Of a stretch of DNA of 64,000 nucleotides, positions 36,908-47,289 are shown in pieces (position 1 is the stretch's first letter; the number at the start of each line of letters is the position of its first letter). The notes below the pieces were generated by a model. The model made no database searches, had not been told where the DNA came from, and worked only from the letters and a program-made list of their open reading frames with translations. The stretch is from a virus (lineage: Duplodnaviria > Caudoviricetes). The position numbers and the translations under genes are program-made. The stretch covers positions 22,155-86,154 of IMG/VR virus record IMGVR_UViG_3300010262_000137; one strand, given 5' to 3'.

Positions 36908-37291
36908 ATGAAATCAATTGAAAAAGAAACAAAAATAAAATTCTTAAATCCTGAAAGGATTTTTTTAGAAGATGAAGAATCACATGATATTCATCTTGAA
37001 ATAGAAATGCGTGAAGGCAAAGATATCTATAACAAGACCGCAATATTTATTGCATATGTTGGTGGAGAAGATGAAAATAAAGCTAGATATGCAGTTTTGT
37101 CAATCTATGATGTAGAATGTACAACAAAGGAAGTGAAACTAGAACATGATGACTTATTAAAGGTTTTTGCTGAAGAAATAAGCAAAGATCTGATTACAAA
37201 GATTATTATCACTGATTCTATGTTAGAGAGTAACATGGAAATGTTGTTTGAAAGCGAAGAAAAAGTGGAAGATGATTTAGAGGTCTGCTAA
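36908..37291 (+). CDS. Hypothetical acidic cargo protein
   Basis: RBS GGAGG; ORF track. Confidence 0.65.
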   Translation: MKSIEKETKIKFLNPERIFLEDEESHDIHLEIEMREGKDIYNKTAIFIAYVGGEDENKARYAVLSIYDVECTTKEVKLEHDDLLKVFAEEISKDLITKIIITDSMLESNMEMLFESEEKVEDDLEVC

Positions 37292-37450
37292 TTACGGCAA
37301 CTTGCCGTAATGATTAGGGAGGAAACAAATGTGTATTTTCCTCAATATATTTATATATTTTATAACAATATAAAAAATAATATTCATTAGTCTAGAAATG
37401 AAGAACAAATGTATATAGAATGGTGTTATAAAGAAAAGGAGGTGTTCATA

Positions 37451-37681
37451 ATGCCATTAGAATTAAATGAAACTGAATTAGAGTTAGAAAAACCTATCCT
37501 AGTAGAAAACACAACAAAGGAACAAAGAATTGAAATAGTAAAAAAAGGTATGGCTTTTGCTAATATTAATTCAAGTAAAGAATTGACTCTTGATATGTAT
37601 GATGATTATATCGAAGGAAGAAAAGAATTAAGAGAAGTCGTTAATACAATCATTGAAGGATTGGTGAACGAAAATGAATAA
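37451..37681 (+). CDS. vbhA: VbhA-like antitoxin
   Basis: TTKEQRIEIVKKGMA...LDMYDDYIEGR; overlaps the Fic start. Confidence 0.65.
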   Translation: MPLELNETELELEKPILVENTTKEQRIEIVKKGMAFANINSSKELTLDMYDDYIEGRKELREVVNTIIEGLVNENE

Positions 37682-38564
37682 TATCTTTTATCCAAATACT
37701 TCAGTATTGAAAAATAAGTTAAATATTAAAGATAACAAAAGATTGAATGCTATTGAAAGTCAGATAGTCATGCACAAAAAAACAATAATAGATCAAGTGA
37801 TGAACATATCGCATGGCAATGATTTTAATATGGAAAGATTAAAGGATATACATCATTTCTTATTTGATGATATTTATGATTGGGCTGGTACATTTAGAAC
37901 AAATGATATATATAGAACTGAAGAAGTTCTAGGTGGAAAGACAATGTCATTTACTGAAAGTAATCAAATTGAAAAACAACTTTTACAGATTATGAAATAT
38001 TACAATTCTCCAAGATGGAATTACCAAGATATTTCAGATGAAGTAAAGCTACATGGATGGATGGAGTTGTTAAGTAACTTGTTTCAAGTTCATATGTTTA
38101 ATGAAGGTAACACTTATACAAGTGTTGCTTTTGCTTTACAGTTTGCTGATAAAGTTGGATTACAATTAAATAAGGAATACTTTTTTGAAAACTCAAAATA
38201 TTTAAGAGATTGTCTTTGCTTATACTGTAATGGCGAAGGAACAAATCTTATGTCTTTTGTTTCTCAAGCATTTCAGCAAGAAGCTAGTCCAAATCTATTA
38301 GAACTAAAGAGTAATATTTTTGAAAAAATGACAATACCAGAAATAAATAAAACTTTTGATTCATGGTTGCAGGAATATAACAATCCAATTATTAACAACT
38401 ATATTCATGTTAATATGAGAAAAGTTATAGCAGCTATGCAAGAAGAATCATATTCATCTATGGAACTAATCAAAGAAAAGTTTATGACAGTTGTAGATGA
38501 TCTGCTAGATCATGATTTTAGAAATGAACAATTTAATGAAATCGAAGATAACGAATTAGAATAA
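37674..38564 (+). CDS. Fic-domain protein with degenerate motif
   Basis: YPNTSVLKNKLNI, IHHFLFDDIYDWAGTFRT, HMFNEGNTYT. Confidence 0.85.
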   Translation: MNNIFYPNTSVLKNKLNIKDNKRLNAIESQIVMHKKTIIDQVMNISHGNDFNMERLKDIHHFLFDDIYDWAGTFRTNDIYRTEEVLGGKTMSFTESNQIEKQLLQIMKYYNSPRWNYQDISDEVKLHGWMELLSNLFQVHMFNEGNTYTSVAFALQFADKVGLQLNKEYFFENSKYLRDCLCLYCNGEGTNLMSFVSQAFQQEASPNLLELKSNIFEKMTIPEINKTFDSWLQEYNNPIINNYIHVNMRKVIAAMQEESYSSMELIKEKFMTVVDDLLDHDFRNEQFNEIEDNELE

Positions 38565-38566
38565 AC

Positions 38567-38610
38567 AAAACCTAGACTTCACACTTCAAAGTGAAATCTA
38601 GGTTTTTTAT
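38567..38610 (+). terminator. Terminator after the fic gene
   Basis: AAAACCTAGA..TTCAC-N8-GTGAA..TCTAGGTTTT plus T-tract. Confidence 0.75.
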
Positions 38611-38722
38611 TTTTAGGACGGCAACTTGCCGTAAAAAAACTAATTTTTTTTTGCTCAAGACTTCTGCGATTTTTAAAAGCATGATAAAATATGAATAGAA
38701 AAACAGAAAGGAGTATACAGAA

Positions 38723-39268
38723 ATGTTCAAATTTCAATATAGAAGCAAAAAAAGGGAGTTAAATTTGATTAAGAATGATACATTAGAAAATGATACAAAT
38801 ATATGTGAAACAAGTAGTATATCTAAATATACAGAAGTAGAAATAGCTAATAAAAGATTATTCAATATCAAAAACCGCATGGTAACGAAAAAACAAAATA
38901 ATAAGATTTATGATAAAAACAAAAACAGCATAATAATATGTACAAGTTTTACTATTTCAGTATATATCTTTCTTGGCATGATAGCACAATTTGATTGGTT
39001 AGGAATTGGTGAAGAAAATCAGTTTTATTTTTCTTTGTTAAATAAAATTATAGAGTTAATTTATTTTCCGACATTTATTTGGCTTTTTGGAAATAGTATT
39101 TATAAAGTAAATGAAAATAAAAAGAGAAATCAAGAACTAAGAAAAGAATTCTTGGATTTAGCAACTCCCTTATACGTTTCTAACGAATTAGACAAAAAAC
39201 TCATAGATTTTTTTGAATATTTAATATCTGATGACAAAGCAAAATATGATTATGATATTGATTTTTAA
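38723..39268 (+). CDS. Two-TM membrane protein, hypothetical
   Basis: Two hydrophobic segments; RBS AAAGGAG. Confidence 0.65.
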   Translation: MFKFQYRSKKRELNLIKNDTLENDTNICETSSISKYTEVEIANKRLFNIKNRMVTKKQNNKIYDKNKNSIIICTSFTISVYIFLGMIAQFDWLGIGEENQFYFSLLNKIIELIYFPTFIWLFGNSIYKVNENKKRNQELRKEFLDLATPLYVSNELDKKLIDFFEYLISDDKAKYDYDIDF

Positions 39269-39807
39269 ATTCAGAAAAATCAAATCCGGCAAGTTGCCGG
39301 ATTTTATATTGTTTACAATAAAATCTCCAGTTAGGCTGGGGGCTCTATTAAGAATTTGAATATGTTAGTGTTTATATAAAAAAGTACCATATTAAACAAT
39401 ATAATTATTTAAAAAACTTTGTTAAATTTTTTATAATAAACGATAATTTAGAAATTAAAATAATTCCGATAAATAGAAGATAAATTAAGTTTTATTAAAA
39501 TGTGCTTTTTCTTTACTTTTTGTAAAGTAAAGAAAAACATTGCAAAAAATCTAGAAATACATGTAAAGTCAAGTGTGATAAAATGGTAATATGGAAGTAA
39601 TGGGTAGATACTTCCATACCTTTCTGTGCATTATTCAAGTGCTTTCCCTGTGAATAATGACTTATAAAATAAAAGTACGGCATATATTGTCGTATTTTTA
39701 TTTTTTCAAAGACACTTAAAGAATTTTACGATCTTGTTTTATTGATGATATATAAGTGTTCTTTAAAAAAATAATTGTTGCAATATATTAAGGAGGAAAT
39801 TGTTTAT

Positions 39808-40107
39808 ATGAAAAATGAAAAACAAAAAATTGATCAATGTGTAAAAATATCTCGTGAATTAAATCAATTAGAGCATGATGATATATTGCTGATTTATAGA
39901 ATGCTCAGTGATGAAAGGAAAGATGATATTGAGTTTTGTTATTTATATAATATTGTTAGCGAAGAATTAGATATTTCATTTGAAGATAAAATTATTTTTT
40001 TAAACAAGACTATAAGTGATTATTATGAAGTTGAATATAATAAAACATTATTAGAATTTTTAAAAGAAAGAATTGTGGAAAGTAATATATATGTTAAATC
40101 AAAATAA
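39808..40107 (+). CDS. Hypothetical protein
   Basis: RBS AAGGAGG before ATG 39808. Confidence 0.6.
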   Translation: MKNEKQKIDQCVKISRELNQLEHDDILLIYRMLSDERKDDIEFCYLYNIVSEELDISFEDKIIFLNKTISDYYEVEYNKTLLEFLKERIVESNIYVKSK

Positions 40108-40243
40108 GAGGGAGGAAGTAAATGAGTATTTTGGCTAGTTTTACTATGTCTTATTGTTATCTATAATGCTAAATATGAAAATAGGTTGAAAATCAAATAA
40201 AAACTATTTATCATAAATGTGTAAGATAAGGGAGGACAAATAT

Positions 40244-41470
40244 ATGAAAGTATCAAAACAATTAAAAAGCGGAATCATATTGTCTATGATCATACCAACA
40301 TTATATGCATGTAATAGTCAGATATTACATACAAAAGAAGAACTAACTGTTGAGTTTGGAAATCCAATTTCAACAAATATTCAAGATTATTTAGATACTG
40401 AAAAAATCGACAAGGAAGATTTGACTAAAATTCTTGCTGAAACAAAGTTGACAATCAAGGAAGATAAATTAGTTGAAGAACAAAAGTACCAAGCAATCGG
40501 TGATTATATTATCGAACTTGTCTTTGATGATGAAAAGGCAGAGATCAAGGTATCTGTTAAAGATACGATAAAGCCAGTATTCAAGAATTTTAAAACTTCT
40601 TTAGAATATATCAAAGATTGTAAGCCAAGTTCCGAAGATTTGATTAAGCAATTCAATGCAGAAGATTTAGCAAACGTAACAATTACAGTTGATGACAGCA
40701 AGGTAGACTATTCTAAAGAGGGTAGTTATCAAGCAACTGTAAAAGCTGTTGATGAAAGCAAGAATGAGATTTCACAAGAAACAACAATCAAGATTGTAAA
40801 ACCAACAATCAAGTTAGATGTTTCAAAGAAATCAGTTTATGCAAAAGAAAGTTTTGTTTTAAATCCAACAATCAAAGGTAAAGAAACAAAGGCAACATTT
40901 AAGTCAAGCAACACATCAGTTGCAACTGTATCTGATAGTGGGAAAGTAACTGCCAAGAAAAAAGGTAGTGCAACTATCACAGCCACTGCAAATGGTGTCA
41001 ATGCAACTTGCAAGGTAACAGTTAAGGCTGTTCCGAGTGGTTCTAAGACAACAACACAAACAGTAACAAACCCAACAACTGGTAAGACAGAAGAAGTTAT
41101 TGTCATTAAGCCTACTGAACCAAGCACAGCAAGTGCAACAACTTCAAGAGAGGCATTTAATCTATTCAATCAAGAACGTGTAAAAGCAGGATTGACCGAA
41201 TTACAGTGGGATAATAATTTGGCGAATTCGGCTAAAATTAGAGCAGAGGAAATAATCGTTAAATATGGACATGTTAGACCAGATGGAAGTAATCCATTAG
41301 ATATGCCTAATGTATGGGGTGAAATTATATGTAATAGACCAAATGCAAAAATGGCAGTAAATGCTTGGATGAATAGTACAGGTCATAAACATGCAATATT
41401 AGATAGTGACTATACAAAGTGTGCAGTTGCAAGATGTGGTGAGTATTGGGTAGGGTTATTTGGTAAATAA
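40244..41470 (+). CDS. Lipoprotein with Ig-like repeats, Big_2 domain and C-terminal CAP domain
   Basis: LYAC lipobox; VDDSKVDYSKEGSY; TFKSSNTSVATVSDSGKVTAKKKG; AVNAWMNSTGHKHAIL. Confidence 0.85.
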   Translation: MKVSKQLKSGIILSMIIPTLYACNSQILHTKEELTVEFGNPISTNIQDYLDTEKIDKEDLTKILAETKLTIKEDKLVEEQKYQAIGDYIIELVFDDEKAEIKVSVKDTIKPVFKNFKTSLEYIKDCKPSSEDLIKQFNAEDLANVTITVDDSKVDYSKEGSYQATVKAVDESKNEISQETTIKIVKPTIKLDVSKKSVYAKESFVLNPTIKGKETKATFKSSNTSVATVSDSGKVTAKKKGSATITATANGVNATCKVTVKAVPSGSKTTTQTVTNPTTGKTEEVIVIKPTEPSTASATTSREAFNLFNQERVKAGLTELQWDNNLANSAKIRAEEIIVKYGHVRPDGSNPLDMPNVWGEIICNRPNAKMAVNAWMNSTGHKHAILDSDYTKCAVARCGEYWVGLFGK

Positions 41471-41487
41471 AATTTAATAAGTTTTAC

Positions 41488-41521
41488 AGTGGAAACATAT
41501 ATTGATGTTTTCACTTTTTTC
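41488..41521 (+). terminator. Intrinsic terminator
   Basis: AGTGGAAACAT-N6-ATGTTTTCACT plus T-tract. Confidence 0.7.
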
Positions 41522-41752
41522 TATTTAAAAAAACGAGGAGATGAATAAAGTAATGAGTTTAATAATTATATATTATTATAATAGTGGTTTTGGCTGACAT
41601 CATTAAGATGTCAACATGGAGTACATGATTAAGGATATATCGACGGATATATCTTTTTTATTTTTGAAATGAATTCTTATAAGAAGTTATTTTACAGAGT
41701 TGAATACAGCAACTTTAAAATTGTAAATTATAAATAAGAGAGAGGAAAGTTT

Positions 41753-44700
41753 ATGAAAATCAAGAAATTTTGTAAGAAGATAGGTATGATTACACTATCA
41801 TTTTTAATGATGCTATCGTGTGTTAATTTACAAGGTTTCCAAGATGTCAAAGCATTGACCTTAAATTATCAAGGAAAGTCTGGTATATCTAAAAGCGTTG
41901 AATTAAATGATGTATGGGGAATGTCCGGCACTCATGGATATAAAATTAATATAGGAGATTCAGCTGGTTTTTGTTTGGATTTTGGAAAAGCAATGAAGAA
42001 AGATTTATATTTAGACAGAAAAAGTTGGTCAGGTGTAAGTGAAAGCACAGAAACAAAAAAAGCAATGAATTATTATTATTCTAATCCTAGTGATTATTCG
42101 TATTGGGTGGCTGCAACGTTAATCTGGGGCTATCAATTAGGAAAAATTTCAAGCCCTTTGGATGGAGAAAATTTTCAACCAGGTATTGGGTATACTTATA
42201 CGGCTAGTGCTGAAATTTTTAGAGTTATGACAGCGTTAGACATACCATTACCACCAGGTTATGCCGCTATGGGACAAATTGCTGAAACATTAAAGGAAGT
42301 AGATAAAGCTTCAAGTGATGGTGCATTCTATTTATATGAATATTCTTCTGGTTACCAAAGAGTAGCTACAAATGCAAAAGGTTATGTACCAACATATAAT
42401 TTATCAAAAGTTGAAAGTACAAAAACATATTCAATCACTGATAACATTGAATTGAATATCGACAAGAAAGATGTAGATACATCTAATGGTCTAGGTAATG
42501 TTCAATTTGACTTGTATCGTGACGAAGTGAAAATAGGTACTGTTACAACTGATAGTCAAGGTAAGGCTAACTATACATTTGAAAAGAAATATACAGAAAG
42601 CGGAACCGCTCGAAAGACATACTGTGATAATTATGATGAATTATCACCAGACAATAAAAAAGCAGTAGGTACTGTAGATTTCACTTCAAAATCGGCTGCA
42701 CAAAAAGAGGCTGATAAGGTTGCTTTAGCAAACGCAAAAAAATTAGTTAATGATTTGTTGGCTGAAAAGCATACTTACAAGGCTGTAGAAACAAAAACTC
42801 GTCAAGAGTATTATCTAAATCCTACATCAACTACTCAATCTAAGGAATATGCAAGTGGTGATGGTACTGGTAGCGTAACTTTCTCTTATACTAACAAAAG
42901 ACAGTTAGGTAAGATTTCTATTACAAAGTTAGATGAAGAAACTAACATTGCATTAGATGGATTTAGTTATGTATTGAAAGCAAACGAAACAATCAATCAC
43001 CCAGACGGACATACTGGTGTTCTTTATAACAAGGGTGATGTTGTTGGAACTTTCCCAACTACAGATGTAAACGGACATTCTGAATTAAATGATTTGTATA
43101 TGGGAAAATACACAGTTGAAGAAACTAATGCCTCTACTGGATATGTAAAAAGTTCAAGAGTCTATGAAGTTGAATTGACATCAACAAACAATGATGTATC
43201 AATCATTGACACAAGTACAAATGTGTATGACAAGGTACAACGTGCAAGAGTTGATTTAGTCAAGGAAGATAAAGAGTTACATAATGGAACTCAAAATTCA
43301 AGTATCGTTGATGGAAACAATGATGGGGCACAAGGCGATGCAACTCGTCAAAATGCAACTTATGGATTGTATGCTGAAAATGATATTGTTCACGCTGATG
43401 GGAAAACTGGTGTTGTTCAATACAATTCAACAGTTGGCTCTATCAATGAATTAAAAGCAACTAAAGGTAAAAATCTTTCTGTCAAGAATGTAAAGGCAAC
43501 TGCTGGAACATTGCTTGCTACAATTCAAACTGATGAAAATGGTGAGTTTGGATTTGAACATCTATACAATGGTTTGTATTATGTTCAAGAAATCGACCCA
43601 TCAACTGGTTATCTTCTTGACACTACAAAATATACTATTGATCTAAGATATACAAATCAAGATGAAGAAGTTATTTCTAAAACACAAACAGTTTTAGAAC
43701 AAGTCAAGAAACAAGGATTTGACTTACAAAAAATCGGTCATAGTGCTGGAACAAGTGGTGTCGACAAGCCATTAGGTAATGTTGTCTTTACAGTATGGTT
43801 AGAAAGCGACATTCAAAGATTGATGAACACTGGCTTGACTTTAGCACAAGCAAAAGAACAAGCACCAGTATATGACAGAATTACAACAAATGATAAAGGA
43901 CAAGGATTTAGTAATGTTGAATTCCCATACGGATATTATCGAGTAGGTGAAACAACACCAGCAGTAGATTATGCAACTGCAGATGATTTCTTTGTCAATA
44001 TCACAGAAGATAATCGTACACATCAACATTACACTGATAAGATTATCACTGATGAAATCTTTAGTGCCATGATTAAGGCTGTTAAGTTAGATAAGGAAAC
44101 TGGAAAGCAAGTTGCCTTACCAAATACAGAATTTAAAATCAAGGTTCTTTCTGATGAGGTTTATGTAGATGGTGAAAAATTTGTTAAAGGTGAATATATC
44201 GGTTACTGGAATTGGAACATCTTTGATGGTTTCTATACTGACAGTTGGAAAACAAATAAAGATGGTTATGTATTAATCAATGAAAAATTAAGTGCTGGTG
44301 AATATCAGTTAGAAGAAATTCACGCTCCTTTTGGTTATGTCTTAGATACAACACCTATCAAGTTTAAAGTAACTAATCAAGGAATGTATCAAATCGCAGA
44401 TGATGGAAAAACACCAATCATCACAACTTATAAATCAGATGTTTCTGTTAAAGGACAAATCACATTATCTAAAAAAGGTGAAGTCTTAACTGATTTCCAA
44501 GACGGACAATTTGTCTATGAAGAACGTGGTTTATCAAATGCAGAGTATGGTATCTATGCTGATGAAGACATCTTAGACCCATCAAATGATGGAACTGTCT
44601 TATTTGCAAAAGATACATTAGTTGATACTGTCACTACTGGAGCAGATGGAAAAGGAACATCAAACAAACTTCCTTTAGGAAAATACTATTCTAAGGAATT

Positions 44701-47155
44701 GAAAGCACCACATGGATTTACTGTTTCTGATGAAGTATTGCATTTTGAATTGACTTATGTAGATGAAAATACTGAACTTGTCTTTGATGATGGTGAATAC
44801 ACAAATGAAAGACAAAAAGTAAATGCAAACATTCAAAAGGTAGATGAAAAAGAAAATACAATTGGATTGAGTGGTGCAGAATTTGATTTTATCGCAAGTG
44901 AAGACATCTACAACGTAGATAATGAATTAATCGTAGCAAAAGGCACAGTATTATCACATTACATTAGTGATGTCTATGGTGACATTCAAATCAAACAAGA
45001 CTTGCCATTAGATTACAATTTTGAATTGGTTGAAACTAAAGCACCAGATGGTTATGTATTAGATGAAACACCAGTTACATTCAATACTGATTATCAAGGT
45101 CAAGATATTGAAATTATCCAAATCAAGAAGACTAAGGAAAATGAACGTACACACGTTGATTTCTCTAAGATTGATGTAACAACAAGCAAGGAACTTGCTG
45201 GAAATCAAATGAAAATCTTTGAAAAGGATAATGAGGGAGCAACTTTTGAAATATGGATTTCTGGAGATAAACCTCATACAGTAGAAAATCTTTCTATTGA
45301 TACAAGATATATATTAAGAGAAACAAGTGCTGTTAAAGGGTTCTATCTTGCAAATGACATTGAATTTGAAATTGATAAATACGGAAACGTATATATCTTT
45401 GATGAAGATGGAAACAAGCAACTTGCAGAAGATAACTTGATTGTTATGGAAAACGATTTAGTTAAAGGTAAGTTAGAATGGAATAAGCAAGGAACTATCT
45501 TTACTTATACAGATAACGGACAAACTGAATTTGGCAGTGTTCAAACTCCAGTATGGGAAGTTTCTAACCTATTACAAAGTGATATTACAATCTACGCTGG
45601 TGAAGATATTACTTTAGGAAATAATGAAACATACTATAAGAAAGACCAAATGATTGAAAAATTAGAAAGTGATTTAGATAGCGTTCAATCAATCGAATTA
45701 TTGGTTGGTAAATACTATTATGTGGAAACAAGAACACCACATGGTTACGTAAGAGATACTGACAAGCATTATTTTGAAGTCAAAGACAATCAATCCAGCG
45801 AACTTCAAATCATTACTTCAACTCTTGAAAATGAAAGACCAAAAGTAAACATTGAATTCACAAAATTCATGGAAACATTTACACATCACAATAAGTTAGA
45901 TAACGCTTATAAAGATGTCGTGTTTGGTATCTTCGCAAGAGAAGATATTTATACTTATAAAGGTAGTGTAGGCATTGAAAACGGAACTATGGTAGCAACT
46001 ACTGGTATTGATGAATTAGGTCAACTTATCAGTGTACCTGACTTACCAAATGGAGTTTACTACTTAAAAGAACTTCAAACAAATGATGATTATGTATTAG
46101 ATACAAATGAATATGATTTTGAAATCGCTTATCATGGTGAAGATGTTTCTGAATATACAGTTGTGATTGGAAATGGAGACATTGAAAACAAATTAGTCAG
46201 AGGAAATATCGAAGTCAGAAAACATGATATTGATGATGAAACAAAAATCTTAAAAGATGTTGAATTTAACATTTCAGCAGACAAAGACATGATTGATGTT
46301 ATCTCTACTGCTAAAACTGATGATAAAGGTGTCGCAAGATTTGAAGATATGGAAATTGGCGAATACTATATTCAAGAGGCTAAACAAGTAGACGGATATA
46401 CATTCAATGACACAATCTACAAAGTTGAAATTACAACAAATGGCGAAGTCTTGACTATTGATGTCAACAACAAGCCTACAGAAATGGAATTTACAAAAGT
46501 AGATGAAACAGGTGTCAATGAATTAGAGGGTGCAAAGGTAGAAATTATTGATAAGGAAACTGGTGGCATTGTTGACAGTTGGATTTCTACAAAAGAACCA
46601 CATAAGATTAAATATCTAGTAGAGGGTAAAGAATATATCTTCAAAGAAACTTCAGCACCTTATGGATATGAAATTTCAGAAGAAATTGTATTCACTGCAA
46701 AAGATGGTGTAAAAGTCACAATGAAAGATATGCCTATCTTAACTGATATTCAAGTCAATAAGGTTGATTCTCAAACTATGCAACCTATTGTTTCAAAGGA
46801 CTTTGAATTTACTATGTATGCAGATGAAAAATGTACTCAAGTATTGGATGTTGTGAAAGCTGATCAAGAAGATGGAACAGCAACATTCAAAGATGTACGT
46901 TTTGGAACTGTATATATCAAAGAAACAAAAGCACCTAAAGGATACGAATTATCAAGTGAAGTCAAGAAGATTGTTATTGATCAAAATTTAGAGGGTGTTG
47001 GTGAAGTACACAGCTTTGTTTACTTAAATACATTATTACCAACAACTATTATCAAGACAGATGATAATACTATGATTGCAGGAACAACTTTATTATTATG
47101 TGCAAGTATTATTGGTATGATTGCAACTAAGAAAAAGAAAAAAGAAACTGAATAA
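41753..47155 (+). CDS. Large surface adhesin with many SpaA/CnaB-type domains
   Basis: Signal peptide; repeated K.D..T...L.G..F..Y / Y...E..AP.GY modules; TIIKTDD-TM-KKKKK anchor. Confidence 0.9.
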   Translation: MKIKKFCKKIGMITLSFLMMLSCVNLQGFQDVKALTLNYQGKSGISKSVELNDVWGMSGTHGYKINIGDSAGFCLDFGKAMKKDLYLDRKSWSGVSESTETKKAMNYYYSNPSDYSYWVAATLIWGYQLGKISSPLDGENFQPGIGYTYTASAEIFRVMTALDIPLPPGYAAMGQIAETLKEVDKASSDGAFYLYEYSSGYQRVATNAKGYVPTYNLSKVESTKTYSITDNIELNIDKKDVDTSNGLGNVQFDLYRDEVKIGTVTTDSQGKANYTFEKKYTESGTARKTYCDNYDELSPDNKKAVGTVDFTSKSAAQKEADKVALANAKKLVNDLLAEKHTYKAVETKTRQEYYLNPTSTTQSKEYASGDGTGSVTFSYTNKRQLGKISITKLDEETNIALDGFSYVLKANETINHPDGHTGVLYNKGDVVGTFPTTDVNGHSELNDLYMGKYTVEETNASTGYVKSSRVYEVELTSTNNDVSIIDTSTNVYDKVQRARVDLVKEDKELHNGTQNSSIVDGNNDGAQGDATRQNATYGLYAENDIVHADGKTGVVQYNSTVGSINELKATKGKNLSVKNVKATAGTLLATIQTDENGEFGFEHLYNGLYYVQEIDPSTGYLLDTTKYTIDLRYTNQDEEVISKTQTVLEQVKKQGFDLQKIGHSAGTSGVDKPLGNVVFTVWLESDIQRLMNTGLTLAQAKEQAPVYDRITTNDKGQGFSNVEFPYGYYRVGETTPAVDYATADDFFVNITEDNRTHQHYTDKIITDEIFSAMIKAVKLDKETGKQVALPNTEFKIKVLSDEVYVDGEKFVKGEYIGYWNWNIFDGFYTDSWKTNKDGYVLINEKLSAGEYQLEEIHAPFGYVLDTTPIKFKVTNQGMYQIADDGKTPIITTYKSDVSVKGQITLSKKGEVLTDFQDGQFVYEERGLSNAEYGIYADEDILDPSNDGTVLFAKDTLVDTVTTGADGKGTSNKLPLGKYYSKELKAPHGFTVSDEVLHFELTYVDENTELVFDDGEYTNERQKVNANIQKVDEKENTIGLSGAEFDFIASEDIYNVDNELIVAKGTVLSHYISDVYGDIQIKQDLPLDYNFELVETKAPDGYVLDETPVTFNTDYQGQDIEIIQIKKTKENERTHVDFSKIDVTTSKELAGNQMKIFEKDNEGATFEIWISGDKPHTVENLSIDTRYILRETSAVKGFYLANDIEFEIDKYGNVYIFDEDGNKQLAEDNLIVMENDLVKGKLEWNKQGTIFTYTDNGQTEFGSVQTPVWEVSNLLQSDITIYAGEDITLGNNETYYKKDQMIEKLESDLDSVQSIELLVGKYYYVETRTPHGYVRDTDKHYFEVKDNQSSELQIITSTLENERPKVNIEFTKFMETFTHHNKLDNAYKDVVFGIFAREDIYTYKGSVGIENGTMVATTGIDELGQLISVPDLPNGVYYLKELQTNDDYVLDTNEYDFEIAYHGEDVSEYTVVIGNGDIENKLVRGNIEVRKHDIDDETKILKDVEFNISADKDMIDVISTAKTDDKGVARFEDMEIGEYYIQEAKQVDGYTFNDTIYKVEITTNGEVLTIDVNNKPTEMEFTKVDETGVNELEGAKVEIIDKETGGIVDSWISTKEPHKIKYLVEGKEYIFKETSAPYGYEISEEIVFTAKDGVKVTMKDMPILTDIQVNKVDSQTMQPIVSKDFEFTMYADEKCTQVLDVVKADQEDGTATFKDVRFGTVYIKETKAPKGYELSSEVKKIVIDQNLEGVGEVHSFVYLNTLLPTTIIKTDDNTMIAGTTLLLCASIIGMIATKKKKKETE

Positions 47156-47216
47156 AAGTAAGCAATACCAATGTCATTAAGTTAATTTAGTGGCATTGGT
47201 AATAATGCTACTTTTT
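47155..47216 (+). terminator. Long hairpin terminator after the adhesin
   Basis: TACCAATGTCATTA / TAGTGGCATTGGTA inner stem, AAAGT..AGCA / TGCTACTTT outer stem. Confidence 0.65.
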
Positions 47217-47289
47217 ATTTCAAAAGGAGAAATGAGTATTTATTGATTTGAATATTACTTTTTTGATAAAATATTATTGGTGATGAATA

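Larger units (their letters stand above)
35017..39304. repeat. Six dispersed palindromes, core CGGCAA(C/G)TTGCCG
   Basis: 35017-35037, 35785-35807, 36878-36892, 37291-37311, 38618-38632, 39282-39304; each intergenic, just after a stop codon. Confidence 0.95.

Noticed and set aside
35017-39304. Palindromes as CRISPR repeats or plain terminators
   Set aside because: Spacing is gene-sized and irregular, and most copies lack a U-tract; one (38618) follows a separate real terminator
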